From: Macrostomum lignano
Lineage: Eukaryota
Reading direction: 5' to 3'
Assembly: GCA_002269645.1 (NCBI GenBank)
Contig: NIVC01002654.1
Coordinates: 62,001 to 126,000 of the forward strand
Length of the DNA: 64,000 nt
Shown: positions 52,501 through 63,137 of the stretch, piece after piece
Layout of the letters: each line of letters starts with the position of its first letter
Position numbering within the stretch: the first letter of the stretch is position 1
Made by a program: the position numbers and the translations under genes
The notes under the pieces: model-generated
The model's database searches: none
Seen by the model: only the letters and a program-made list of their open reading frames with translations
Told to the model about the DNA's origin: nothing

Positions 52501-54653
52501 GCCCATGCCAGTCAGAGTGCTCGCTATGGAATATGATGGAGCTGTTATTGTGCTCAGCCTCATGCCAGTCAGAGTGCTCGCTATGGAATATGATGGAGCT
52601 GTTATTGCGCTCAGCCTCATGCCAGTCAGAGTGCTCGCTATGGAATATGATGGAGCTGTTATTGCGCTCAGCCTCATGCCAGTCAGAGTGCTCGCTATGG
52701 AATATGATGGAGCTGTTATTGTGCTCAGCCTCATGCCAGTCAGAGTGCTCGCTATGGAATATGATGGAGCTGTTATTGTGCTCAGCCCATGCCAGTCAGA
52801 GTGCTCGCTATTGAATATGATGGAGCTGTTATTGTGCTCAGCCCATGCCAGTCAGAGTGCTCGCTATGGAATATGATGGAGCTGTTATTGTGCTCAGCCT
52901 CATGCCAGTCAGAGTGCTCGCTATGGAATATGATGGAGCTGTTATTGTGCTCAGCCCCATGCCAGTCAGAGTGCTCGCTATGGAATATGATGGAGCTGTT
53001 ATTGTGCTCAGCCTCATGCCAGTCAGAGTGCTCGCTATGGAATATGATGGAGCTGTTATTGTGCTCAGCCCCATGCCAGTCAGAGTGCTCGCTATGGAAT
53101 ATGATGGAGCTGTTATTGTGCTCAGCCTCATGCCAGTCAGAGTGCTCGCTATGGAATATGATGGAGCTGTTATTGTGCTCAGCCCCATGCCAGTCAGAGT
53201 GCTCGCTATGGAATATGATGGAGCTGTTATTGTGCTCAGCCTCATGCCAGTTATATTCGAACTATTATTATGCATAATTATTATTGCATTATAACTCTTA
53301 CGCAGCTTCGCCGGTTCCGGGTGAGAAGTGATGCGATATTCTCATTTTTCTGCAAATTTTCGTATTCAAACCCCAAGTTCTGTAATCTGTTGTCTTTCTT
53401 AACTGTTCGAGTCATTCTCTTTATTCTTTATTCTACGCTATTTCTATGCATAAGTGAGCACTTCATTTTTTTCCGAACTCGTTTTCTTTAATTAACTAAG
53501 TACTAATATACTGATAAGGTTCTACTAACCATGTGTAGCATTAGGCCTTAAGTAACTATTAAATAACGTGCGTAACTAACTTATATTTATTATTGTGTTC
53601 AAAGTTGCCAATTGTTGCTGTCAATCTCTTTCCATTGCAGCCCGGCCGGGGCCGCGCAGAGGAAGGCGAAGAGCTCAACAGGAGACCTAACTCCCGATAC
53701 CAAGGTTTGTTCGCTTTGAATTAAAGAAAACTGCATGTACTACTTAATGTACTAGACTTCGATAGGGTTTACTCTCTACGCCGGAGCTAGAAATAAAAAA
53801 ACTCCGCTCCTGCTGGGCTGACCATAAACTATAGCTAGAATTTTAATGCGCCACTGTGCTATTTTACCATAGACTGTTAAGGCTGTGGGTCTATGGCCAG
53901 CAGCTTAAAGTTTTCATGGCCTATCTTTAGCTAATATCACAGATTCTATATGCCCCCTAGATGGGCCACTCCAGCCGCATTAGACCATAGACTGTAGCAT
54001 TAGCAGCGGCAGCTAGTGTCTGTGGCCCTAACCCCCTGGAGTTTTTGGAGCCTCCTATAATAATAATAATAATTGATTACACCTGTCCCAATGGGCAGAT
54101 GTGCAACCGACAGCTCAGCCGCAGCTATTGCGCGTCGCATCTGAAGGCTGCTTACGGCTGTTCAATCCAAGAACTGGGGGTCGCCACGCACACCCTCAAT
54201 TACCCCAGCTAATGCTGGCACCCATTTTACAGCTGGTTGAACTGAAACAATGCAGAGTTAAGTGTCTTGCTCAAGGACACAAATTGTTCCAGTGGGATCT
54301 GAAATCGAACCCCCCACCTTTAAGTCGTGAGTACGACGCTCTAAACACTAGGCTACAACCCCCTGGAGCCTCCTAGACTGCCACTAAATACATTAGCGAA
54401 TGCTGGAGGGACACATCTGGGTAATATGAAATCTGTGGCTAAGGCTGTAAGTCCCCAAGTGATTAACTCGCTCTGGTTGATATCAATCATTATATAACTC
54501 CCGTTAGCTGGTCCGCACTCGGTCATCAGCAACGCTCGGACAACAGCAGTTGTCACAATCTCGGCCAACGAGGACGATCCAGACGAGGACGACAATTTCG
54601 AGCTGTACGAATCGACCGGGGCCTCGGGCTCCAGAGAGGATAGCCGGTTGTGA
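48008..54653 (+). CDS. KCND: Voltage-gated K+ channel Kv4/Shal, 3' exons only (pore GYG, S6 and C-terminus)
   Basis: Exons 48008-48170, 49272-49508, 49753-49950, 53641-53704, 54508-54653, with compatible phases. [54 protein letters not shown] and [16 protein letters not shown]|EREFVE are Kv4 signatures. The last two exons are less certain. Confidence 0.92.
48808..49140 (+). mobile_element. SINE family B copy (diverged)
   Basis: A-box-like head, GGCCAACCCCCAAGG and GGGCCGCTGTACA core, TGTCACCGAAGGCGTTGCGCC tail. The 21-nt tail also occurs with one mismatch at 4552-4572 on the minus strand. Confidence 0.6.
49537..49720. repeat. (TGTC)n microsatellite
   Basis: Direct reading; lies in a Kv4 intron. 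Confidence 0.9.
50221..53250. repeat. 57-bp satellite, about 53 copies, in a Kv4 intron
   Basis: Unit TGCTCAGCC(C/T)CATGCCAGTCAGAGTGCTCGCTATGGAATATGATGGAGCTGTTATTG, with some 56-bp variants. Confidence 0.97.
54096..54363 (-). mobile_element. tRNA-derived CORE-like SINE (family A), copy 2
   Basis: Near-collinear with 44858-45133; the ORF track gives near-identical peptides for both. Confidence 0.8.
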
Positions 54654-56876
54654 CTGGGCGCTTCTGTCTACTTGGTTTTTGCTACTTATGATTACCTCAA
54701 TCGTTTGTTGTACACATTGACATGCGGTGTATTGTCTTGGTATTGATTGATTTTAATCTTTCTTTTTGAGTTGGGCTTCTAATTTAAGCAGATTCTAATG
54801 AGCTTCTAATGAGCTCTATTTCACCCAGCTGTGATAGCATAGCAACCATGCAGCGAATTAGGCATATTGCTAATCTATTTATTTATTTATTTTCAGAGAT
54901 GCATGTCATTTTAACTGTTGCTGAGCTCATCTCTGTGTGCATATATCAGATGTATTTTCGCATATTTATTTATCGCTAGCCAACAATCAAATTTCAATTC
55001 GATATCAATTCGCACAACAAATATATTTATCTTCTTCACCGATGTTTGCATTGTTAGTTATAATACTTATGTGTAATAATTGTTCTGAATATTTTAGTTT
55101 GCTGCTGATGAACTAACAGTATTTTACCCTGCATTGAACGCAAATTGTGTTCTTAACGTTGCAATGATTCCTACATTATATTGATACTTCTATTATGCTG
55201 ATAGAGTGGCCAGGTAATGAAAATTATTTCCTTTTAGCTGACTTGCACATCCTCCTGTTATCAATAAATTTACACCGTAATAGCCTAATTAGGTCAGTTC
55301 TCTGTTTATTTTTTCATTTTAGTGAATTTTTCAAGTACTTGTTTGGCAAGCATTAACTTTGTGTGTTGCTGTGTGTTTCTATAGTAGACTTTTTCAAGCA
55401 AGCCTCTCTGACACTTCAATTTCTGTTTGTGTTTGAATGAATATCATTGTCTTCAGTTGACTTGATTATGTTATACTTTACTTATGTATACTTTACCCTG
55501 CTTAACCATATGTAGTGGACGAAAATAGCAAAAACTTTTTTACAGTCTTATACTCTACTTTCCTCATACGTTATGTAAATATGTGCATTCCTAAACATTT
55601 ATCTGTGAACAAAGTCCATCTTGACCCACTGTTCGATCTTTATCGTATTGCACTGTTCGTACCAGAATGTAATCCTAGTCCGTTTTTTTTAAAACTTGAT
55701 GGTATTTTCCCTCACCTTTTTTGATTATTTATATATCCGTCATCGTTTTGACAAATATAACCTTGATGACAACTGCACATTTTTCGTTTTCATTTTTAAT
55801 AGATTTCATAGTTTAGATTATAGCATAGCCTTTTGCGGCCCATTTGGGCCTATCCGCTCTGTAGTTTTAACCCTAGATGTTCATTTAGACATGACTGTCA
55901 CAAGCAGTGAAGACGAGAGCAATGCTTCATTTGCAACTGCTGCGGCGGAGCAAGATCAGCCCCAGAATCGTGGACCATATGCTAGACTGTCAAACAGAGA
56001 CCAAAGACTTCTGCTCGAAGCGGAGTTTTGACCATACTAAAAATGCTCTTTTTGTTATAGTTAAGCAGATTGAATTTTTTACGTCACCTTGTGTTAGTAC
56101 AGTGAATAGATTGCTTTGCGCAGCTGTAACTAATGATTGGGTTTCATAGCCGCTACCATTGCTACCATTACTTAGCAAGCATATCTTGGATTAAATTCAA
56201 TGCGAGTAAGCCCAAATGGGCTGCAAAAAGCTGTATTGATTTCGTCAGTCAAGTTGATAATAAGGCCGATCAAGTAAATGCCATGAAACAGCACACTCGG
56301 CCATAGACAGTACAGCCAATTAAGTGGACAGCTCGCAATTCCAAGCTGCTCTCTCCCACAGACAGCAAGCCAAGCCAGCTGTTTAAAGCTGTTCTCTCTG
56401 GTTAAATGACAATCAAGTAGAGAATTTCAAAGCAAGTATTGTGGCCCAGTTGAAAGCATACAGATTAAAGACAGGTTGGACCTTAGACTACGCAAATTTC
56501 CGACTGTGAAACACAGCTGATAGACATATACGACTAGAATTGGAAATGAATAAAAGCGCCCGATAGCATATAAAAATTGGGTTGGGCCATAGACCATACA
56601 GATTTCCGACTCTGAAACACAAGCGTCGTGGCAAACACCCTAACCTAGAATTTCAGGCATAGAGAATTTTACTTCTAGGCCATAAAACGTTGAGTCACGC
56701 TTAGTTTTGGGCATAGACTTAAGGCTAAGCCCCAAAAATCCTTATTTATCCCCTTTTAGGGGAGCCCATTGGCGGAGAATGGCCAGTGAAGGCTTTCGTC
56801 GTATTTTAAGTCATTAGTGTGAGTAATTTAGCGTAATGATTCGTGTACTAAGCATTATGAATATCCTCTCGCATTC

Positions 56877-58004
56877 ATGCTAGCTCAAATCGCGCACTTC
56901 GCCATCCAGCGCACTAGCAGACAGACTAGACAGGCAATGGCTCAGACTCAAATTTCTAAGTTCTTTAAAACAATGCCAAAAGATGGCGAGAAATCTTCCT
57001 CGTCCAAGCAGGACGCTGACCAAACTTCGACGCCCGATCAAGAAAGAAAGGATGAAAAAGTTGAGTCAAGGTCCAATTGGCTACAGAATCAGCAGGAAAG
57101 CCGCAAGTCCATGGATAAGCGACCTTTGAGCGCCGACAAAGACGAGGACAAAGACTGCTCCGGGGAGATGAAAAATTCCGAGCCGAAGCGTCCCTGCCTA
57201 TCAACTGAGACACCGCCGCGGCCGCAGCAGAATCTTAACGCGTTTCTGGCTTCGCCGTCCAGCTTCGGAAAGGAGAACCAGAGCCAGTTTCTGAGCGCCC
57301 AGCCAGCCGCTGTTCAGTCGCTGATGGTTGACTTCGGTATCAGCTGGATGCAGGCCCTGAAGCCTGAGCTCACTAAGACTTACTTTGTCCAGCTAGCTGA
57401 ATTTGTTCGGGCCGAGCGCTCCAGCAAGACAATCTACCCTCCGCCTGGGGAGGTCTTCTCCTGGACTCGCGCCTGCCGCCTGCAGGAGGTGAAGGTGGTC
57501 ATCCTGGGCCAGGACCCCTATCACGGCCCTAACCAGGCCCACGGGCTCTGCTTCTCGGTCCGCCGGCCGACCGTGCCGCCTCCCAGCCTGCTCAACATTT
57601 ACAAAGAGGTGTCGAACAATTTTCCGGACAAGTTTCAGCATCCAGGACATGGCGATCTGACTGGCTGGGCTGAGCAAGGTGTGCTACTGCTCAACGCTGT
57701 GCTCACTGTTCGCCGCGGTGAGGCGAATTCGCATCAGGGCCGCGGCTGGGAGACGTTCACTGACGCCGTGGTCGCTACGCTCAACTCTCGCTCCGCAGGC
57801 CTAGTATTCATACTGTGGGGCAACTATGCCCAGAAAAAGGGCGCCAAAATTGATAAGCGCAAGCACAAGGTCATTTGCGGCGCTCATCCGTCGCCTCTGG
57901 CCGTTAATCGGGGCGGCTTCTTTGGCAAAATGTACTTTAAGGAAGCCAACGACTATTTGAAGTCGGTTGGAAAATCGACCATCGATTGGTGCCACTTGCC
58001 TTGA
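56877..58004 (+). CDS. UNG: Uracil-DNA glycosylase, family 1, intronless
   Basis: VVILGQDPYHGPNQAHGLCFSV, PPPSLLNIYKE, GVLLLNAVLTV, SHQGRGWETFTD, LWGNYAQKKG, AHPSPL. Confidence 0.97.
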   Translation: MLAQIAHFAIQRTSRQTRQAMAQTQISKFFKTMPKDGEKSSSSKQDADQTSTPDQERKDEKVESRSNWLQNQQESRKSMDKRPLSADKDEDKDCSGEMKNSEPKRPCLSTETPPRPQQNLNAFLASPSSFGKENQSQFLSAQPAAVQSLMVDFGISWMQALKPELTKTYFVQLAEFVRAERSSKTIYPPPGEVFSWTRACRLQEVKVVILGQDPYHGPNQAHGLCFSVRRPTVPPPSLLNIYKEVSNNFPDKFQHPGHGDLTGWAEQGVLLLNAVLTVRRGEANSHQGRGWETFTDAVVATLNSRSAGLVFILWGNYAQKKGAKIDKRKHKVICGAHPSPLAVNRGGFFGKMYFKEANDYLKSVGKSTIDWCHLP

Positions 58005-58791
58005 CTGGTTTAAAGCTTCCAATTGGATTGTTTAGTTGCATTTTTTCGTTTTTATCCTTCATAAACATCACTTGTTTATGGGTGAAAAATCAGTTTAACT
58101 AATAAAATTATTAAAGGCAGCACACTCTGCAGAATGTAATCATTTTCAAAATAAATCATATTTTTATATACATATATCCACTAGTTTTTTTCGATGAAGC
58201 TTATATCTATTGCAAAACAAAATCATCCCCTACAAATCTTTCACTGGAATATTTGGCACACAACTAAATAAGCACTTTATGAAGCTCTCTTCTAACGGCA
58301 ATTCGCCAACAAATCTACTTTGCATCTGACTGCTCTGGTATTGGTTGATTTTTTCTGTGTTTTAAAGCATTTTATTATGCAAATTTGAGCTGATAGTTTA
58401 TATATTAAAGCAGCGCAATGCTATGCAATAGGGTCCGCTTATCTTTGTGACCGTTTGTTCCTGTACTTCTCTAGTGGCGCTGATTTGCGTATTAAACAAA
58501 AATATACGTTTGATTTTACCACCTTTTGGTTACGTATATAGCGTTTCTTGTGTTTGTATGTCTTTAAAATGTCATTAACTAGTATTTTTATTTTTTATAG
58601 CAAGGCTTAAAAGCTCTATTCAATTCGCCATCTTGCAGATCCTCATTCGAGTTATACAGACTCTTAATGCTTAAACAGTTAATTTTGGTTGGCCTTTTTT
58701 GAAAGGAAATCAAAGCTACTTGCTAAATAACGCTTATAATTAATTTTCATGCCTGCGGCAGAATCGGGCGGCGTCCATCAGCTGGGGGAGC

Positions 58792-60147
58792 ATGCGCACT
58801 CACCTGGCCAAGACGCGTCACGTGGCTCTGGTGCACGGCCTGCTAGGCTGGGGCCCAGGCCAGCTGGTTCTGCCTAGCGGCGCCGTCTCCTACTGGGAGA
58901 CGGCTGTGGATTCTCGCACGGACACCAGCGGCCTGACAGTCTTGGAGGCCGGTGTTGGCCCAATCAGTTCGCAGCATGACCGAGCATGCGAGCTATACGC
59001 GCAGCTTCGCGGATGCCGTACAGACTATGGCGAAGAGCACTCGGCCTTGCATGGCCACGAGCGATGGGGCCCGGACTTTACTGGCCGAGGCCTCCACCCA
59101 GACTGGTGCGCTGAGCAGCCAATCCATCTAGTTGGACACTCGGCCGGTGGAAACACTTCTAGAACTCTCCAGCGCCTGTTGGCTGATGATTTCTGGTCGG
59201 AGGGCACCGAGTCCAATTGGGTCACATCCGTAACTTGCCTGGCCAGTCCGCTCAACGGCTCGCCCGCTGTCTATATGTTCGGCTGCGACGAAGCTACCGG
59301 CTTATTTCGTTGGCCGCGCATGCTGAACGTTTTTAGTCGCCTATTGCCGCGCAACTGGATTCTGGAACATTGGGGCCTATCCGACACTGATGTTGCTTAT
59401 CCATCTCGACTGCGCTCCAGCGGAATTTTCGCTGGAACTGATAACCTGGCTTACGATTTGTCCATTCAAGGCTGCTCTCGCATCAATTATTCGGGATTCC
59501 TTGATGACTTTTTATCCACGTACTATCTGTCCTGCGTTGCAAAGTGCACAGCGCCAGGAACTTCTTGTTCGAACTGTGCGACTCCAAGTCGAGACTGTCG
59601 CTCATTTTTTCTGCCCTCTTGTCGCTATATGTGCTCGCGCAGAGTGCGTATTAAACATCGGAACCATTCTACAGATGCTGATCATCGGTTACATCAGGAG
59701 TTTTACCGTCCAGACCTCGACCTAGATTGGTGCCACAACGACGGCCTAGTACCAATTGCCAGTCAGCGTTATCCTATTGGCGGCTCGCACTCTATTGGCG
59801 GCGAGTTGAGTTCGGAGCAGCCAGAACAGGGTCGCTGGTACTACACAAACGCTACTGATCTGGCTGGCGTACAGCCGAATCTGTCCTGGGACCACGCCGA
59901 CTTTACAGTGCTGCGTAGTCCTCTTCTTAGCTTGGCTTTTCCAGCCAATAGCAGTATTTGCCGATTTCTGCGATGCGGCCGTAAGGGCAGTCTAGCGCCA
60001 GCTCGTGCTCCATTGAAAGATGCGGAGCTTAATACAAACGAAAAATCTGACCCCGATGCTGATGCTGAATCTGGCGGGACAGTGACACGTTGCATGCAGC
60101 GCTCCTTCTATGAGCGGCTGTACCGCCATCTGAGCGGCCTGTCTTAG
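58792..60147 (+). CDS. Alpha/beta-hydrolase lipase resembling bacterial family I.5/I.6 lipases, intronless
   Basis: LVHGLLGWG, VGPISSQHDRACELYAQL, DYGEEHSALHGHERWG, nucleophile GHSAGG, LAYDLS, NDGLVP, WDH. Confidence 0.85.
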   Translation: MRTHLAKTRHVALVHGLLGWGPGQLVLPSGAVSYWETAVDSRTDTSGLTVLEAGVGPISSQHDRACELYAQLRGCRTDYGEEHSALHGHERWGPDFTGRGLHPDWCAEQPIHLVGHSAGGNTSRTLQRLLADDFWSEGTESNWVTSVTCLASPLNGSPAVYMFGCDEATGLFRWPRMLNVFSRLLPRNWILEHWGLSDTDVAYPSRLRSSGIFAGTDNLAYDLSIQGCSRINYSGFLDDFLSTYYLSCVAKCTAPGTSCSNCATPSRDCRSFFLPSCRYMCSRRVRIKHRNHSTDADHRLHQEFYRPDLDLDWCHNDGLVPIASQRYPIGGSHSIGGELSSEQPEQGRWYYTNATDLAGVQPNLSWDHADFTVLRSPLLSLAFPANSSICRFLRCGRKGSLAPARAPLKDAELNTNEKSDPDADAESGGTVTRCMQRSFYERLYRHLSGLS

Positions 60148-60713
60148 GTTACATTGGTTTAACGCAAACCCTTTTGCCGAAGAAACATTTTGTTACAGAT
60201 AAGTTGAATTTGAAACTTGGAAAATATTTTGTTTCTTTCATTATTTTTCAGTTTATGCTTAGCCATATTGCTTTTTAAAATACCACATTATTTGTACTCC
60301 AATGAAACTTTTCCTGGAATACGCCGAGGCGCCCAATAATTTATTGTTCAAACTTAATTATTATGATGCTTTACGCTCTTTTGACCTGAAATATACGAGC
60401 TACCATTGACTTTTGCTTCCATCAGAAGCATGCGGTTTCGAGTTAATCTTTATTTTGCGATTATTGTACCTTAAAAATTGCTAGTGAAGGTACTTACGAG
60501 CGTAGTCTCGTTGCTCGTAGATGTATGCTTTTGTTTCAGAATCAGAATCTAAAGAATCTTAGCTCTATCTACTCGTCATTGCGTTTGGCAGTTATTTATA
60601 GTCGTAATTTGTCGATTTACATTTAGTTTTCAAACGAAGTTAGTGAAATGTTTTCAAGGTGGCGACAATAAAGTGAATTTAAATATATTTTCGTTTCCGT
60701 TTCTTATGCCTGC

Positions 60714-63137
60714 ATGCCTAAAATGCCGCGTCAGCAATCGTCGTCCTCTGAGGACTCATCATCCGAAGATGAGAAAGTGAAAAAGCCAACAACCCCTGGA
60801 GGCAAAGTGATCCCGAGTCCCAGCAAGACTGGATCAGCTGCAAAAAAACCACAGAAGCGTCCTGTGCCTGCCGAATCATCAAGCGATTCTGATTCTGATT
60901 CGTCTGACGCTAAGCCGCCAGTCAAAAAGGCTGCGCCTGTCAAGCCCGTTGGTAAGAAGGTAGTGGCTGAGGACTCATCAACCGACTCGTCTTCTGAGAA
61001 CGAGAAGCCACCAGCCAAGAAGCCAGCTGCTGCCACTCCTGCAGCCAAGCCAGCTGCTGCCACTCCTGCAGCCAAGACACCCAAAAAGACACCGGTAAAA
61101 AAGCAGGAGTCGTCGTCAAGCGACTCGTCTTCTGAGGACGAGAAGCCACCAGCCAAGAAGCCAGCTGCTGCCACTCCTCCAGCCAAGACACCTAAAAAGA
61201 CACCGGTAAAAAAGCAGGAGTCGTCATCAAGCGACTCGTCTTCTGAGGACGAGAAGCCACCAGCCAAGAAGCCAGCTGCTGCAACTCCTCCAGCCAAGAC
61301 ACCCAAAAAGACACCGGTAAAAAAGCAGGAGTCGTCATCAAGCGACTCGTCTTCTGAGGACGAGAAGCCACCAGCCAAGAAGCCAGCTGCTGCTACTCCT
61401 GCAGCTGCAGCCAAGCCAGTCACAAAAACACCGGCAAAGAAGCAGGAGTCGTCATCAAGCGACTCGTCTTCTGAGGACGAGAAGCCACCAGCCAAGAAGC
61501 CAGCTGCTGCTACTCCTGCAGCTGCAGCCAAGCCAGTCACAAAAACACCGGCAAAGAAGCAGGAGTCGTCATCAAGCGACTCGTCTTCTGAGGACGAGAA
61601 GCCACCAGCCAAGAAGCCAGCTGCTGCTACTCCTGCAGCCAAGCCAGCTGCTGCCACTCCTGCAGCCAAGACACCCAAAAAGACACCGGTAAAAAAGCAG
61701 GAGTCGTCGTCAAGCGACTCGTCTTCTGAGGACGAGAAGCCACCAGCCAAGAAGCCAGCTGCTGCCACTCCTCCAGCCAAGCCAGCCACAAAGACACCGG
61801 TAAAGAAAAAGGAGTCGTCATCAAGCGACTCTTCTTCTGAGGATGAGAAGCCAACAGCTAAGAAAGTAGCTCCTGCTGCTGCCACTCCTGCAGCCAAGAC
61901 ACCCAAAAAGACACCAGTAAAGAAGCAAGATTCTTCATCCAGTGATTCTTCGGATGATGAACAGCCGCCACCAAAAAAGATCGCCCTTACTAACAACGCC
62001 AATAAAAAGTCGCCCGTGTCAGAAAAGCTGCCAAACGGAAAGCATATTGTGCCAAAAGCGACGCATTGCCTTCTGCTAAGCAATCTGGATCCTTCCATCA
62101 CTCGAAAGGACCTGTCCAACTTTTTGGACGACAAAGACATTGCTCGTCTTGACGCAGGTTTAGTCAGTGCTCCGATTGCAATGATCTGCTTTGAAAGTAA
62201 ATCTGATGCAGATGCTGCGGCCTCTAAGTGCCAAAATGCGTCTCTAAAGAATCGACAGTTCAGCATTAACACTTTGTCCGGACCGGTGGATCATCTCCAA
62301 GTACTACTTGGAGACGGTGCACCGAAGGTTTCAGCTCCAATGACGAATGACTTTTCTCAGAAAGACAAATCTCGCGAAGAACTGCGCGGACAGGCTCGCT
62401 CTGTTATTTTGCTAAATGTGCCTGCCGATGCAGAGGAATCAGATGTGCGCGCTGCTTTTCCAGGGGGTTCTCGCTACAATGTTAAGACTCGTCCCGGTTC
62501 TGACACAGGCGTCTGCTTTGTGGATTTTGATTCAGAGGCTGACTGCTCTGCCGGTTTTGACGAATTCCGCGGCGTTGGACAATTCGGCGGTCGCGAGGTT
62601 GCTGTCGCCTTCGTTGCGCCAAGGCCGGAAAGGAAGTCATTTGGTGGCGGTGGCGGGGGCGGTCCTGGTTCAGATAATCCTCCGTCAAAAACTGTTGGCG
62701 TGTTTAATCTTCCGTACAGTGCCACTGTCGAACAGTTGTGGGAGTATTTCCCTAAAGCACAAGATCTGTTTATTCCTAAAGGCGATGATGGCCGCAGCCG
62801 CGGATTTGCTTTCGTCACGTTTGACTCGATTGATAGCGCCAGCGAGGCTGTCAACGCTGGACTGACTCTGGACGGTCGGCAGACCCGGATCGAGTATCGC
62901 GAAGATCGCAGTGGAGGCGGACGTGGCGGTGGCCGTGGCGGCGGCCGCGGTGGATTTGGCGGTGGCCGTGGTGGCTTTGACAGTGGGCGTGGCGGTGGCC
63001 GAGGTGGCGGCTTTGGCGGTGGTCGTGGCGGTCGTGGTGGAGGCCGCGGTGGACGTGGAGGCTTTGGCGCTCCCAAGCCTCGCATAGAGATCGATACAGC
63101 CAAGCAGAGCCGCAAGTTGGATTCTGACTCGGATTAA
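60714..63137 (+). CDS. NCL: Nucleolin-like protein (Ser/acidic and Lys/Pro repeats, 3 RRMs, RGG tail), intronless
   Basis: Alternating SSSSDSSSEDE and KKPAAATPAK blocks, RNP motifs (TVGVFNLPY, RSRGFAFVTF) and a C-terminal GGRGG tract. Confidence 0.85.
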   Translation: MPKMPRQQSSSSEDSSSEDEKVKKPTTPGGKVIPSPSKTGSAAKKPQKRPVPAESSSDSDSDSSDAKPPVKKAAPVKPVGKKVVAEDSSTDSSSENEKPPAKKPAAATPAAKPAAATPAAKTPKKTPVKKQESSSSDSSSEDEKPPAKKPAAATPPAKTPKKTPVKKQESSSSDSSSEDEKPPAKKPAAATPPAKTPKKTPVKKQESSSSDSSSEDEKPPAKKPAAATPAAAAKPVTKTPAKKQESSSSDSSSEDEKPPAKKPAAATPAAAAKPVTKTPAKKQESSSSDSSSEDEKPPAKKPAAATPAAKPAAATPAAKTPKKTPVKKQESSSSDSSSEDEKPPAKKPAAATPPAKPATKTPVKKKESSSSDSSSEDEKPTAKKVAPAAATPAAKTPKKTPVKKQDSSSSDSSDDEQPPPKKIALTNNANKKSPVSEKLPNGKHIVPKATHCLLLSNLDPSITRKDLSNFLDDKDIARLDAGLVSAPIAMICFESKSDADAAASKCQNASLKNRQFSINTLSGPVDHLQVLLGDGAPKVSAPMTNDFSQKDKSREELRGQARSVILLNVPADAEESDVRAAFPGGSRYNVKTRPGSDTGVCFVDFDSEADCSAGFDEFRGVGQFGGREVAVAFVAPRPERKSFGGGGGGGPGSDNPPSKTVGVFNLPYSATVEQLWEYFPKAQDLFIPKGDDGRSRGFAFVTFDSIDSASEAVNAGLTLDGRQTRIEYREDRSGGGRGGGRGGGRGGFGGGRGGFDSGRGGGRGGGFGGGRGGRGGGRGGRGGFGAPKPRIEIDTAKQSRKLDSDSD

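Noticed and set aside
42386-53250. CRISPR-like arrays (83-bp and 57-bp repeats, also the 30-bp arrays)
   Set aside because: Units are head-to-tail with no unique spacers, there are no cas genes, and the context is eukaryotic.
50156-53294. ORFs with [11 protein letters not shown] / [11 protein letters not shown] repeats (mucin-like)
   Set aside because: Products of the 57-bp satellite inside a Kv4 intron; the frames are broken by 56-bp units.
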